From contig JAGVAV010000002.1 of assembly GCA_020060105.1 (NCBI GenBank), forward strand, positions 6,186 to 70,185: a stretch of DNA of 64,000 nt, written 5' to 3'. How positions within the stretch are numbered: the stretch's first letter is position 1; each line of letters starts with the position of its first letter. The notes below the pieces were generated by a model. It had not been told where the DNA came from. It saw nothing but the letters and a program-made list of their open reading frames with translations, and searched no databases. The stretch is from Candidatus Woesebacteria bacterium. Its GTDB lineage: Bacteria; Patescibacteriota; Microgenomatia; Woykebacterales; 2-01-FULL-43-14. Below are positions 1 to 9,192 of this stretch, one piece after another. Made by a program: the position numbers and the translations under genes.

Positions 1-1652
1 AAGGCGTAAGCCTTTTGATTCCCTCTTCCAACTCTTCCTCTAAGTTGATGAAGATCCGCTAAGCCAAAATTCTGAGCGTTATTAACAATAATAGTATTAG
101 CGTTAACAATGTCTAGACCACTGCTAATAATATTTGTACAAATAAGTATATCAATCTGTTTACTAAGGAAATTATCTATAACTTTTTCTAACATCGTTTC
201 TTTCATTAGCCCGTGAGCAATTTCTACTCGTGCTGTGGGAAACAACTTTCGCACTAAGCTCAGCTCCTTTAAGATATCCTTAATGTAGTTACTGACATAA
301 AATACCTGCCCTCCCCGAGATAACTCTCTTAAAACAGCTTCTCTTAGAACATCTAAATCCTTTGGGCCAACACGCGTTTCAATCGGAAACCTTCCCAAGG
401 GAGAGGTATTTATTACTGAAACTTGGCGAATTTTAGTTAGAATCATTTGAAGTGTTCTGGGAATAGGAGTCGCGGATAAAGAAAGTACATCCACCTCCGG
501 GCGGATTTTCTTAAATCTTTCTTTTTGAACCACACCGAAGCGATGCTCCTCATCAATTATCAGTAAACCCAAATTTTTAAAACGAACACCGGAAGAAAGC
601 AAAGAATGAGTTCCAATCACGATATCTACCTGACCCTTAGCCAAACTTTCAACAACCGACCGTCTTTCATTAAGGTTTTGAAACCTAGATAAGACCGAAA
701 CCCGAACAGGAAAATCTCTTAACCTTTCTTTAAACACATGATATTCTTGTTTTGCCAAAAGAGTTGTTGGCGCCAGTACGGCCACCTGGTAATTATCTTG
801 AACTACCTTAAAGGCCGCCCGAACGGCTAATTCTGTTTTTCCAAAACCAACATCCCCAACTAAAATTCGATCCATCGGTACGATCCCATCCAAATCTTTT
901 TTTATCTCCACTAAAGACTTTTCTTGATCGAAGGTTAGTTGGAATGGAAAGCTATCTTCTAACTGCTTTTGCCATACGGTATCTGGAGAATAAGGCTTCC
1001 GCCTGGTATTTTCCCTAGTCGAGTAAATAAGTACCAAATCCCTAGCAATCTCATGCACAGAGTGCTTAACTCGGCTCTTTATTCTCTCCCATGATTCCGA
1101 ACCTAGATAACTCAACGAGGGAGGTTTATTTGAAATTCCCACATATCTGGTTACCCTATCTAACTGCGAAATCGGAACGTATAACTTATCTTCTTTTGCG
1201 TATTCAATTGCTAAATTACCTCCCCCTAAATCTTCTGAATCCACAACGCCCAAAAAACGACCCACCCCATAATCAACGTGGACAATAAAATCCCCAGGGT
1301 AAATATCAGATAAAATAACCCTATCATCCACGTTTCCTCTTTTCGTCCGATTTACCTTCTCGGATCTAATTGTTCTAAAGGGAATAACGTAAATCTCAGG
1401 GAGTTCCCGCGTCCCTTCAGGAGTATCCACCCCTAATAGCCATATTTTCTCTATCTTGTCCCCTAAAAAATCTAGTCGAGTTGGGCTGCGGTACCTCTCC
1501 AGCCACAAATCTATTACGCCACCTCTCACCGCAAAGTCACCCACCTCACAAACCTTTTCCTGGCGTTGGTAACCCAATCCCAAAAGCCGCTTTATAAGAG
1601 TGTTGTAATCAAAATTGTCCTCTTTCTTGATAATCAAACCATTATTTTCCAT
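1..1652 (-). CDS. mfd: Transcription-repair coupling factor Mfd, N-terminally reduced; 3' end runs off the window
   Basis: Manual translation from ATG 1652: MENNGLIIKKEDNFDYNTLIKRLLGLGYQR..GDFAVRGGVIDLW; RID-like PGDFIVHVDYGVGRF; helicase motifs GDVGFGKTE, DEEHRFG, SATPIPRT. Absent from the ORF track because the window truncates it. Confidence 0.9.
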   Translation of the reverse strand, partial: MENNGLIIKKEDNFDYNTLIKRLLGLGYQRQEKVCEVGDFAVRGGVIDLWLERYRSPTRLDFLGDKIEKIWLLGVDTPEGTRELPEIYVIPFRTIRSEKVNRTKRGNVDDRVILSDIYPGDFIVHVDYGVGRFLGVVDSEDLGGGNLAIEYAKEDKLYVPISQLDRVTRYVGISNKPPSLSYLGSESWERIKSRVKHSVHEIARDLVLIYSTRENTRRKPYSPDTVWQKQLEDSFPFQLTFDQEKSLVEIKKDLDGIVPMDRILVGDVGFGKTELAVRAAFKVVQDNYQVAVLAPTTLLAKQEYHVFKERLRDFPVRVSVLSRFQNLNERRSVVESLAKGQVDIVIGTHSLLSSGVRFKNLGLLIIDEEHRFGVVQKERFKKIRPEVDVLSLSATPIPRTLQMILTKIRQVSVINTSPLGRFPIETRVGPKDLDVLREAVLRELSRGGQVFYVSNYIKDILKELSLVRKLFPTARVEIAHGLMKETMLEKVIDNFLSKQIDILICTNIISSGLDIVNANTIIVNNAQNFGLADLHQLRGRVGRGNQKAYA

Positions 1653-1670
1653 TTTAACCCCACACAAAAA

Positions 1671-1694
1671 TTCCCCTAAGGATCTATAGGGGAG
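1671..1694 (-). terminator. Probable intrinsic terminator after pth
   Basis: CTCCCCTA/TAGGGGAA stem followed by TTTTTG on the minus strand. Confidence 0.5.
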
Positions 1695-1717
1695 TCTAGG
1701 AAAAACTTCATATCTAG

Positions 1718-2191
1718 TTATTCATTTGCCCAAGTAACTGCTCTTTCAACTGCCTCTTTAATCGCTTTATCTAAAACTGGCCTTTCCTCATCGCTGAAAT
1801 TCTGTAAAACGTAGTTTTCGGCGGCCACGGACTTTTCTGGCCTACTAACACCAACCCTAAGTCGAAAAAAGGTTTTGTTATCAAGAGAATTAATGATAGA
1901 TTGCACTCCATTATGACCAGCGCTAGAACGGTTTTTTTGAAGTTTTACTTTTCCTAAAGGCAGATCCATATCGTCGTGAATCACCAACAAATCGTCTAGG
2001 GAAATTTTGTAAAAACTAACCGCTTTCAAAACATCCTTACCAGACTCATTCATAAAAGTTTCAGGTTTTAGTAACAAAGCATTAGACAAGAAAGAAACCT
2101 TTTTTAGCTCTTCCAGGACTAAATAACCGACATTATGTCTCGTTTTGGCGTATTGTGAACCAGGGTTACCTAGACCGACAATTATCTTCAT
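1718..2191 (-). CDS. pth: Peptidyl-tRNA hydrolase
   Basis: GLGNPG, TRHNVG, FMNESG, HDDMD, GHNG motifs. Confidence 0.97.
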   Translation of the reverse strand: MKIIVGLGNPGSQYAKTRHNVGYLVLEELKKVSFLSNALLLKPETFMNESGKDVLKAVSFYKISLDDLLVIHDDMDLPLGKVKLQKNRSSAGHNGVQSIINSLDNKTFFRLRVGVSRPEKSVAAENYVLQNFSDEERPVLDKAIKEAVERAVTWANE

Positions 2192-2673
2192 TACCCCACT
2201 ACCTCAGGTAAATGCTCCTTAACCTTTTTCACTATTTCCCGTTGAACCTGCGCCATCACTACAGATTCTTGAGGTTTTTGATGATCGTGTCCCAATAAAT
2301 GTAAAACACCGTGAACTAGTAAATCAGCCAATCTTTCTTCTACCAAAACGTTATCTTCGGCAGCTTGAAGTAACGCTTGAGGATAAGAAATTACTACATC
2401 CCCCAGATTTAAAATTTTGAAATCTGGCGGGTTTACAAACTGCTTCTTACCCTCAGCCAAAGAAAACGAAAGAACATCCGTCGTGTTTTCCACCCCTCGA
2501 TACTGTTTATTAAGCTTTTTCATTTTTCGATCCCCAATCACGCTAACCGTAAGGGCAATTTTTCCTTGAGCACCAACCGACTCTAAAGCAATCGTTGCTA
2601 CGTTACGCAGCAGAGCTCTTTTAACAGGATAGTGGGGTTCGATAAAAACTTCAACTTGATACATTTTAGCCAC
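2191..2673 (-). CDS. ybeY: rRNA maturation endoribonuclease YbeY
   Basis: TDVLSF, LGDVVIS, HGVLHLLGHDH motifs. Confidence 0.96.
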   Translation of the reverse strand: MAKMYQVEVFIEPHYPVKRALLRNVATIALESVGAQGKIALTVSVIGDRKMKKLNKQYRGVENTTDVLSFSLAEGKKQFVNPPDFKILNLGDVVISYPQALLQAAEDNVLVEERLADLLVHGVLHLLGHDHQKPQESVVMAQVQREIVKKVKEHLPEVVG

Positions 2674-2854
2674 GCGAGGACTTTGAGAGCTTACGCCTTC
2701 TCGCTATCTGATCACGCTTGCGAACTACTGAAGGTTTCTCATAAAACTCTCTCTTCTTTAATTCTGTAAGAATACCGTCAGATTGAACCTTTTTATTGAA
2801 TTTTCTAATCAACACTTCTATCGATTCGCCTTCTTGCGCCCGAACTACAGTCAT
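2666..2854 (-). CDS. rpsU: 30S ribosomal protein S21
   Basis: MTVVRAQEGESIEVLIRKF..KREFYEKPS; start reassigned to ATG 2854 after a GAGGGG SD-like motif. Confidence 0.93.
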   Translation of the reverse strand: MTVVRAQEGESIEVLIRKFNKKVQSDGILTELKKREFYEKPSVVRKRDQIARRRKLSKSSRG

Positions 2855-2873
2855 AAATAGTAAACACCCCCTC

Positions 2874-3191
2874 TCAACGATCCCCCAGTAAATGCCAATG
2901 TAAGTGGGGGACATGTTGGTATGATCCTCCATTAATTATCAAACGATAACCCGTTTTGTCAAGACCATTCTTTATAATAAACCGCTGCATTAATTTAATC
3001 ATCCCTTCTATAATAACCATATCAGCGTCTTGAATATCTAAAAAGGTAGGAATATGCTTCTTGGGAACGACTAGAAGGTGAATTGGAGCTTGAGGATGAA
3101 GGTCGTTCAAAGCAATAATCTTCTCATCCTCATAAAGAACATCCGCCGGCACTTCTCTTTTTGCAATTTGACAAAAAATGCAATTGCTCAT
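2874..3191 (-). CDS. HIT family nucleotide-binding protein
   Basis: CIFCQI N-terminus and HLHWH histidine triad. Confidence 0.95.
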   Translation of the reverse strand: MSNCIFCQIAKREVPADVLYEDEKIIALNDLHPQAPIHLLVVPKKHIPTFLDIQDADMVIIEGMIKLMQRFIIKNGLDKTGYRLIINGGSYQHVPHLHWHLLGDR

Positions 3192-4092
3192 TCCTTCTCC
3201 TTTTTAAACTTTCTAAGCAGCTATACGGTATCTTAAGATAAACATTTTCTAAACCCAGTTCTTTTCCAATGCCTCCGCAGCCATGATAATCAGAGCCTCC
3301 GGTAACTATTAAATCTAAGTTTCTCGCCTGATCAGTAAAATGCGTGACACAGGTTCTTGTTTGATCATCCGACACCCGGTAAGTCAAAACTTCTAAGCCA
3401 TCCAAGCCAAACCTTTTTAACTTTTTTAAGTAAAAATCTTGATTAAAAACTAAACTCTCGTTCTCCACTGTTACTAAATCCCAAGCAGGATGAGCCAAAA
3501 CAGCCACTCCTCCTAATGAATGGATTGTTTCTATCGCTTCCTTTACATCAAAACCTTCTTTGGTAACGTAAGCAACCCCATCCTTCGTAAGGTAACGACC
3601 AATAAAATTCCCTACACTCGGAACTAGCCCAAAATCTGCAACTAGCTTGACCTCGTTACTTTTGTTTCTGATAACCGCCTCGGCAATGTGAGGTAAAACA
3701 ATTGATCCAAAGGCTAAGCCTCGAACCTCCTCGTAATCTATCTGAAAACCGCAAGAATTTAAATTTTTAATTATTGCCTTCGCTCTTTCTTCCCTCTTCC
3801 ACTGGAAATATCTTAATTTTTTCTGAAAAGAAGCCTTATGATAATCCAAATAGTAACCTAAAATGTGAAATTCCTTTTCCTGGTCATAGCAAGAAAATTC
3901 ACATCCTGGAACCACCTCAAGACCAACCCTTTCTCCTTCTTTTAATCCCACGTCCAAACTATCTACGCTATCATGATCGGTTATTCCCAAAGCTTTTAAA
4001 TTAGCTTCTTTGGCTTTTTTTATCAGCTCAACAACACTCAAACCGCCATCAGAGGCAATCGTGTGTGTATGCAAATCAATATATTCTTCCAC
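3130..4092 (-). CDS. PHP domain phosphoesterase (TrpH/YciV-like)
   Basis: DLHTHTIASDG, ITDHD, AHP, GGSDYHG motifs. Confidence 0.92.
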   Translation of the reverse strand: MEEYIDLHTHTIASDGGLSVVELIKKAKEANLKALGITDHDSVDSLDVGLKEGERVGLEVVPGCEFSCYDQEKEFHILGYYLDYHKASFQKKLRYFQWKREERAKAIIKNLNSCGFQIDYEEVRGLAFGSIVLPHIAEAVIRNKSNEVKLVADFGLVPSVGNFIGRYLTKDGVAYVTKEGFDVKEAIETIHSLGGVAVLAHPAWDLVTVENESLVFNQDFYLKKLKRFGLDGLEVLTYRVSDDQTRTCVTHFTDQARNLDLIVTGGSDYHGCGGIGKELGLENVYLKIPYSCLESLKRRRNEQLHFLSNCKKRSAGGCSL

Positions 4093-4144
4093 AATCTAAT
4101 TATACACCAAAAACATATAATTTGATATATTAACTATTAATTTG

Positions 4145-5395
4145 TCACAATCGATTTTTTAAAAACTTAGTAACTTCGTCTAAAGTGTAGTAAGAAATTT
4201 CACTTTCATGGCGCTTCTTCAGCTCAATTTTTCCTTTTGCCATGGTTCTATCACTGACTGCCAATCGAACAGGAACACCAATCAGATCAGCATCAGCTAA
4301 TTTAACCCCGGCAGACTCATCCCGAGCGTCAAGTAAAACTTCCACCCCCGCCTTAGCTAAATGTCGGTAAATCTTTTCAGCCTCTTTAACTACGTCTGGT
4401 TTAACACTGAGAGTAACCAAATGTGCTTGGTAGGGAGCAATCGAGGGAGGCCAGATAATTCCTTTCTCGTCGTGGTGAATCTCAACTACCGTTCCCATCA
4501 AGCGAGTCGTGCCAATACCGTAACTTGCTAAAAGCACAGGTTTCCTTTGGCCATGGATGTCTATAAAAAACACCCCCATTTGATCCGCATACTTTGAACC
4601 AAACTTAAAAATATTTCCCACCTCAATACTTTTTGACACTTTTAAAAAGTCTCTACAGCTTGGACAAGGGTCACCTTCCTTAAGATTAGTTATCTCGACA
4701 TTTTGGGCAAAGCGGCAACCAGGGCAATAAATAGTTTTATCTTCCCCCGATTCAGAAAGCACTTGAAATTCATGGGAATAATTCTTGGTAAATGTTCCTC
4801 CACTAGCTTCCACCATTAAAGCCTCTAACCCAACCCGATTAAAGATCTTTAAATAAGCTGTTTGAACCTTTTCGTAATAACGGTCTAAGTCTTGGACACA
4901 AGAATGAAAGCTGTAAAGGTCTTTCATTATGAATTCACGTCCCCTAAGTAAACCCGACTTGGCCCTAGGCTCGTTTCGAAACTTTGTTTGAATCTGATAC
5001 AAAGCAAAAGGTAAATCTTTATAAGAATAAATCCTTCTTCTGGCCAAATCTGCAATAATTTCCTCATGAGTAGTTCCCAGAGCAATTTCCTTACCGGAAG
5101 CATCTTTAATAATATACATTATTTCCTTTAAGGCTTCCCACCGACCTGTTTCTTCCCAAAGGCTGCGGGGGTGCAAGGCAGGCATAAAAAGTTCCTGCCC
5201 CCCAACACCATCCATTTCTTCCCGGATAACTCCGTGAATTTTTTCTAAAACTTTCCAACCTAAGGGTAGCTGGGTGTAAACTCCAGACATTAACTTATCA
5301 ACAAACCCGCCCCTAATCAAGTACTGGGCGTTTATGCTGATTTCTTCTTTTGGGGATTCTTTCAACGTTTTACCAAACAAATTCTCGTAACGCAT
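4145..5395 (-). CDS. proS: Prolyl-tRNA synthetase (short form lacking INS editing domain)
   Basis: THEE, FRNEPRAKSGLLRGREFIMKDLYSF, IEVGNIF, SYGIG. Confidence 0.96.
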   Translation of the reverse strand: MRYENLFGKTLKESPKEEISINAQYLIRGGFVDKLMSGVYTQLPLGWKVLEKIHGVIREEMDGVGGQELFMPALHPRSLWEETGRWEALKEIMYIIKDASGKEIALGTTHEEIIADLARRRIYSYKDLPFALYQIQTKFRNEPRAKSGLLRGREFIMKDLYSFHSCVQDLDRYYEKVQTAYLKIFNRVGLEALMVEASGGTFTKNYSHEFQVLSESGEDKTIYCPGCRFAQNVEITNLKEGDPCPSCRDFLKVSKSIEVGNIFKFGSKYADQMGVFFIDIHGQRKPVLLASYGIGTTRLMGTVVEIHHDEKGIIWPPSIAPYQAHLVTLSVKPDVVKEAEKIYRHLAKAGVEVLLDARDESAGVKLADADLIGVPVRLAVSDRTMAKGKIELKKRHESEISYYTLDEVTKFLKNRL

Positions 5396-5439
5396 ACTCC
5401 CTCTAATATTAATTTATCAGAACAGCGGGTAATAAACAA

Positions 5440-6546
5440 TCACTTAAAAGGGATAAGTTGGGTAACTTTTTCGCCCAATGAGGTATTTAACCATAACCAA
5501 ATTATGTCTTGGTAGGTAATGAGAATAATTAAAAAGAGTAAAAACACCATACCAAAGGTGTGAACCCATTTTTCAAGCTTTAAGGGGACTTTCCTTCGGG
5601 TAATAAGCTCTGCGGTAATAAAAAGCAAACGACCGCCATCTAACGCAGGTAGCGGTAAGATATTAATAATTGCCAAATTTAGGCTTAGTAGGCCTAACAA
5701 CATTAACACGTTAACAAAACCCGATTTTGTCGCTAAGTGGGTAAAGTAAGCAATTCTCCCCAACCCCCCAACCTCTTCGGGAACTTCCTTTTCCACGAAC
5801 AGATCCCTCAACATCGTTCTTAAAGAGTCAACCATCAAACCAGTCGCTCTTAAAGCCTGATTAAAACCTACTACCGGAGCTTCCCAGATAGGAAACGACT
5901 TAGTAGCCACGTATGGATAAATCTCAATCCCCATCGATCCTTGACCCTGAGGTGGGTTTTCTCGGGGAGTAACTTTCAGGACTTCAAGCCTCCCCTCGCG
6001 TTCTACACTAACGGCAATCTCACTCCCAGCAAGTTTATCTGTTTTGTCACGTAAGTCCTCTGGGCCCCCTAACTCAACGCCGTTAATAGCCGTTATCACA
6101 TCCCCTTCCTTCAAACCAGAACTAAGCGCCGGGGAATCCTTAGCTACTTTCCCAATCAAAACTTTATCCGTCGGTAAGGGGCCGCCGATCACGTAAACAA
6201 CGGTTAAAACAGCTACCGCTAAGATAAAGTTCATTAGCACTCCCGCCGTAACCATGACGGCTCTTTTCCAAGGAGCTTGGGAAATAAAATTTCGAGGGTC
6301 CTTTGACGGTTCCTCTGAATCCTCTCCCGTTAATCGCACAAAGCCGCCTATCGGCAAGGCATTAACTGTGTACTCCGTCTCGCCTTTCTTTTTTCCCCAT
6401 ATCTTCGGCGGCAACCCGAATCCAAATTCTTCAACTTTGACCCCGAAAAACTTAGCCGATAGAAAATGGCCCAACTCGTGGATAAAAATTAACACTCCTA
6501 AAATTAAGACGAAGTTTAATCCGGTGTAAAGATACTCTGGGTTCAT
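5440..6546 (-). CDS. rseP: RIP metalloprotease RseP (M50, PDZ domain)
   Basis: HELGH, NALPIGGFV, PDZ region, NILPLPALDGG. Confidence 0.95.
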   Translation of the reverse strand: MNPEYLYTGLNFVLILGVLIFIHELGHFLSAKFFGVKVEEFGFGLPPKIWGKKKGETEYTVNALPIGGFVRLTGEDSEEPSKDPRNFISQAPWKRAVMVTAGVLMNFILAVAVLTVVYVIGGPLPTDKVLIGKVAKDSPALSSGLKEGDVITAINGVELGGPEDLRDKTDKLAGSEIAVSVEREGRLEVLKVTPRENPPQGQGSMGIEIYPYVATKSFPIWEAPVVGFNQALRATGLMVDSLRTMLRDLFVEKEVPEEVGGLGRIAYFTHLATKSGFVNVLMLLGLLSLNLAIINILPLPALDGGRLLFITAELITRRKVPLKLEKWVHTFGMVFLLFLIILITYQDIIWLWLNTSLGEKVTQLIPFK

Positions 6547-6594
6547 AAAATTCCTGCTTAACCCTTAAAAACCTGAGAAAAACACTTTTTACGC

Positions 6595-7152
6595 TTATAA
6601 TTCCGCTAACTCTTTTTCTTTACTCTTACTAATTTCTTCCATTTCTTTCACTACTTTGTCAGTTAACACTTGAACTTTTTCCTCACCACGCCTCTTCTCG
6701 TCCTCAGAGATATCGTCATTTTTCTCTAACTGGTTAATTTTTTCGACTGCCTCTCTCCTAATTTGCCTCGCTGCTATCCGATGTTCCTCAATTTTTCCTC
6801 TAACTAATTTCACCATCTCTTTCCGCCTTTCCTCAGTTAAAGGAGGAAGGGGTATTCTGATAAAGTCGCCTTCCTTGATTGGATTTAGTCCAAAACCTGC
6901 TTGTTGAATAGCCTTAAGAATTTGAGGGGTGTTGCCCGCGTCCCAAGGCTGAACTGTCAGTAACCTCGGTTCTGGCGCAGAAATTGTGGCTAAATCTCTT
7001 AAGTTCATTAGTGAACCGTAAGCTTCTACCGGGGTATCTTCAATTAATGAAGGAGCGGCTCTACCTGTTCTAACTCTGGCTAGATCTGCCTTAAGATCCT
7101 GCAATGTTTTATCCATTTTTTTCTCAGCTTCGTTAAGTACCTGATTTACCAT
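6595..7152 (-). CDS. frr: Ribosome recycling factor
   Basis: RTGRA, QPWD, PPLTEERR; start set at ATG 7152. Confidence 0.96.
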   Translation of the reverse strand: MVNQVLNEAEKKMDKTLQDLKADLARVRTGRAAPSLIEDTPVEAYGSLMNLRDLATISAPEPRLLTVQPWDAGNTPQILKAIQQAGFGLNPIKEGDFIRIPLPPLTEERRKEMVKLVRGKIEEHRIAARQIRREAVEKINQLEKNDDISEDEKRRGEEKVQVLTDKVVKEMEEISKSKEKELAEL

Positions 7153-7153
7153 C

Positions 7154-7615
7154 TTATTCGCCCAAAGAATAACGAGTAAACCGACCAACCCGAATATTTT
7201 CGCCTGTTTTGGCAATAACTTCCGTCACCAAGTCTTGGACTGTCTTGTTTGGATCGCGGATGTAGGGCTGAGCTAAAAGCTCTTCAACGGAAGCAGGATT
7301 CATCGCCGCTACTTGCATCGCTGCTTCATGAACTAAATTCTTAAACTCACTCGTTCTCGCAACGAAGTCCGTTTCGCAATTAACTTCAATCAAAACTCCA
7401 ACTTTACCCCCAGCATGAATATAGCAGTCGACTAAACCTTGATTGGTAGCACGCCCAGCTCTTTTTTCGGCTGATACTAAACCCTTCTCCCTAAGTATTT
7501 CTTTGGCCCTTTCAACATCACCCCCAGCGGAAGATAAAGCTTGATGGGCATCAATTACCCCGGCCCCCGTGGCCTCCCGAAGTTGCTTCACTTTTTCTGT
7601 CGTCACCTCACTCAT
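7154..7615 (-). CDS. tsf: Elongation factor Ts (short form)
   Basis: LREATGAG, EVNCETDFVA, GENIRVGRF; start at ATG 7615. Confidence 0.96.
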   Translation of the reverse strand: MSEVTTEKVKQLREATGAGVIDAHQALSSAGGDVERAKEILREKGLVSAEKRAGRATNQGLVDCYIHAGGKVGVLIEVNCETDFVARTSEFKNLVHEAAMQVAAMNPASVEELLAQPYIRDPNKTVQDLVTEVIAKTGENIRVGRFTRYSLGE

Positions 7616-8336
7616 TTTTCCCCTCCATTTCCGGCTTTGTTGATTTCTTTTCGTAAATAGCCCTTCCTTCATTAAAAGATTCAGCAATTGCCTTAACTAG
7701 AGTGTTAATTGATTTCAATGCATCGTCGTTAGCAGGTATCGGATAAGTTACTACTGTCGGGTCACTATTTGTATCAACAACGGCGACTGTGGGAACACCT
7801 GTCTTATTCGCTTCTCTTACCGCATTCTCCTCCCTTTTTGCGTCCACGATAAACAAAGCGTCCGGTAATTTATTCAATTCTCTAATTCCACCCACGAAAT
7901 CATTCAACTTCTCAATTTCTTTATCAATTAAGAGTTGTTCCTTTTTAGTATACTTCCCAAGCTCGCCCGACTTTTTCTTCTCCTCCAACTCGTTTAGCCG
8001 TTTGATAGTTCTTTGGACAAACTCAAAATTAGTCAAAAGGCCACCGGGCCAACGCTTTATAATAAACATGGCCCCAACCCTTTCCGCTTCCTGTTTAACA
8101 ATATCTTGGGCTTGTTTTTTTGTTCCCACAAAAACAACAACCCCACCTTTAGACGCTAAACTTTTTACAAATTCGTAAGCCGCTTCTAACCGTTGAACCG
8201 TTTGAGCTAAGTCAACGACATGGACACCACCACGCTGGGTAAAAATAAACGGTTTCATCTTGGGATTCCATCTCTTTGCCTGATGGCCAAAATGAACACC
8301 GGCTTCTAAAAGCTCTCTCATCGTTGGTAAACTCAT
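7608..8336 (-). CDS. rpsB: 30S ribosomal protein S2
   Basis: LLEAGVHFGH, WNPKM, DTNSDP, PANDD; start at ATG 8336 after GGAGG. Confidence 0.97.
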   Translation of the reverse strand: MSLPTMRELLEAGVHFGHQAKRWNPKMKPFIFTQRGGVHVVDLAQTVQRLEAAYEFVKSLASKGGVVVFVGTKKQAQDIVKQEAERVGAMFIIKRWPGGLLTNFEFVQRTIKRLNELEEKKKSGELGKYTKKEQLLIDKEIEKLNDFVGGIRELNKLPDALFIVDAKREENAVREANKTGVPTVAVVDTNSDPTVVTYPIPANDDALKSINTLVKAIAESFNEGRAIYEKKSTKPEMEGKNE

Positions 8337-8344
8337 AAATTTAA

Positions 8345-8410
8345 CCTCCCTTAAACCGCCACTTAGCACTATCTCTTGAGACAGGGAGAAAGCCAAGTGT
8401 GTGAAATAGA
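8345..8410 (-). promoter_or_regulatory. Probable S2 (rpsB) autoregulatory leader
   Basis: ACACAC followed by a CACTTGGC/GCTAAGTG stem enclosing a CTGTCTC/GAGATAG hairpin, directly upstream of the rpsB SD. Confidence 0.55.
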
Positions 8411-8547
8411 TCGTTTGAACTATACCATATGGTTTTTAACTTTGCAACAGCCTTCTATAAATTCTTCTCACTTACCCCTCAAACTTCAGAGGAGTACGCC
8501 TTTTACTTTCACCTCACCTTGAAAGAGAAAATTTTTCCATAAAACGC

Positions 8548-9192
8548 TTACATACTTCTTAAATTCTTTTTCAACTGCTTATACTTCGGACTTTTTTTAA
8601 GAATATCAATTATTTCTTCTTTAACAATCTCTTTACTTCTCTCTCCGTCAACCACCTTAATTGACCTGGGATATTTATTTGCTAGAGCTTCGTAAACCTG
8701 CCAAACCTTCACTAACTTTTTCTCTTCTTCATATAACTCCACATCAAACCTATCTCGTTTTATCCGATTCATACAAACAGTGGGACTAACTCGGATAAAA
8801 AAAGAAATATCTGGGTAAATAAAGTACTTGTTTAACTCTAAAGCCCAGTTCGTATCAACATCCACAGAACCAAAAGCCACGGTTGACCAAGCAAAACGAT
8901 CTGTTATCACAACACTCCCACTTTTCAACATCGGAATAATTTCTCTAGATAAGTGGTGCCCCCGATCGGCCGCAAAGAGAAGTTGCAGCGATGTGGGAGG
9001 AAGACTTAAGGTGTTAGTTAACACCCCCCTTATCAAGCCACCTACCACATTATTGGTCGGCTCTTTAGTCGTGTATGTTCGGATTCCTTCTCTTTTCAAA
9101 AATTCCGCGATTAAAGAACATTGTGTTGAGGAACCACTCCCATCCAGCCCTTCAACATCAATAAATAAACCAGGAAATTCGTTTTTAACCAT
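8548..9192 (-). CDS. tmk: Thymidylate kinase (variant P-loop)
   Basis: EGLDGSGSSTQ, TKEP, LLFAADR, DRF motifs. Confidence 0.9.
   Translation of the reverse strand: MVKNEFPGLFIDVEGLDGSGSSTQCSLIAEFLKREGIRTYTTKEPTNNVVGGLIRGVLTNTLSLPPTSLQLLFAADRGHHLSREIIPMLKSGSVVITDRFAWSTVAFGSVDVDTNWALELNKYFIYPDISFFIRVSPTVCMNRIKRDRFDVELYEEEKKLVKVWQVYEALANKYPRSIKVVDGERSKEIVKEEIIDILKKSPKYKQLKKNLRSM

Noticed and set aside
8369-8389. Similarity of the rpsB leader (TCCCTGTCTCAAGAGATA) to the 49766 palindrome region
   Set aside because: Short, rearranged match; most likely chance
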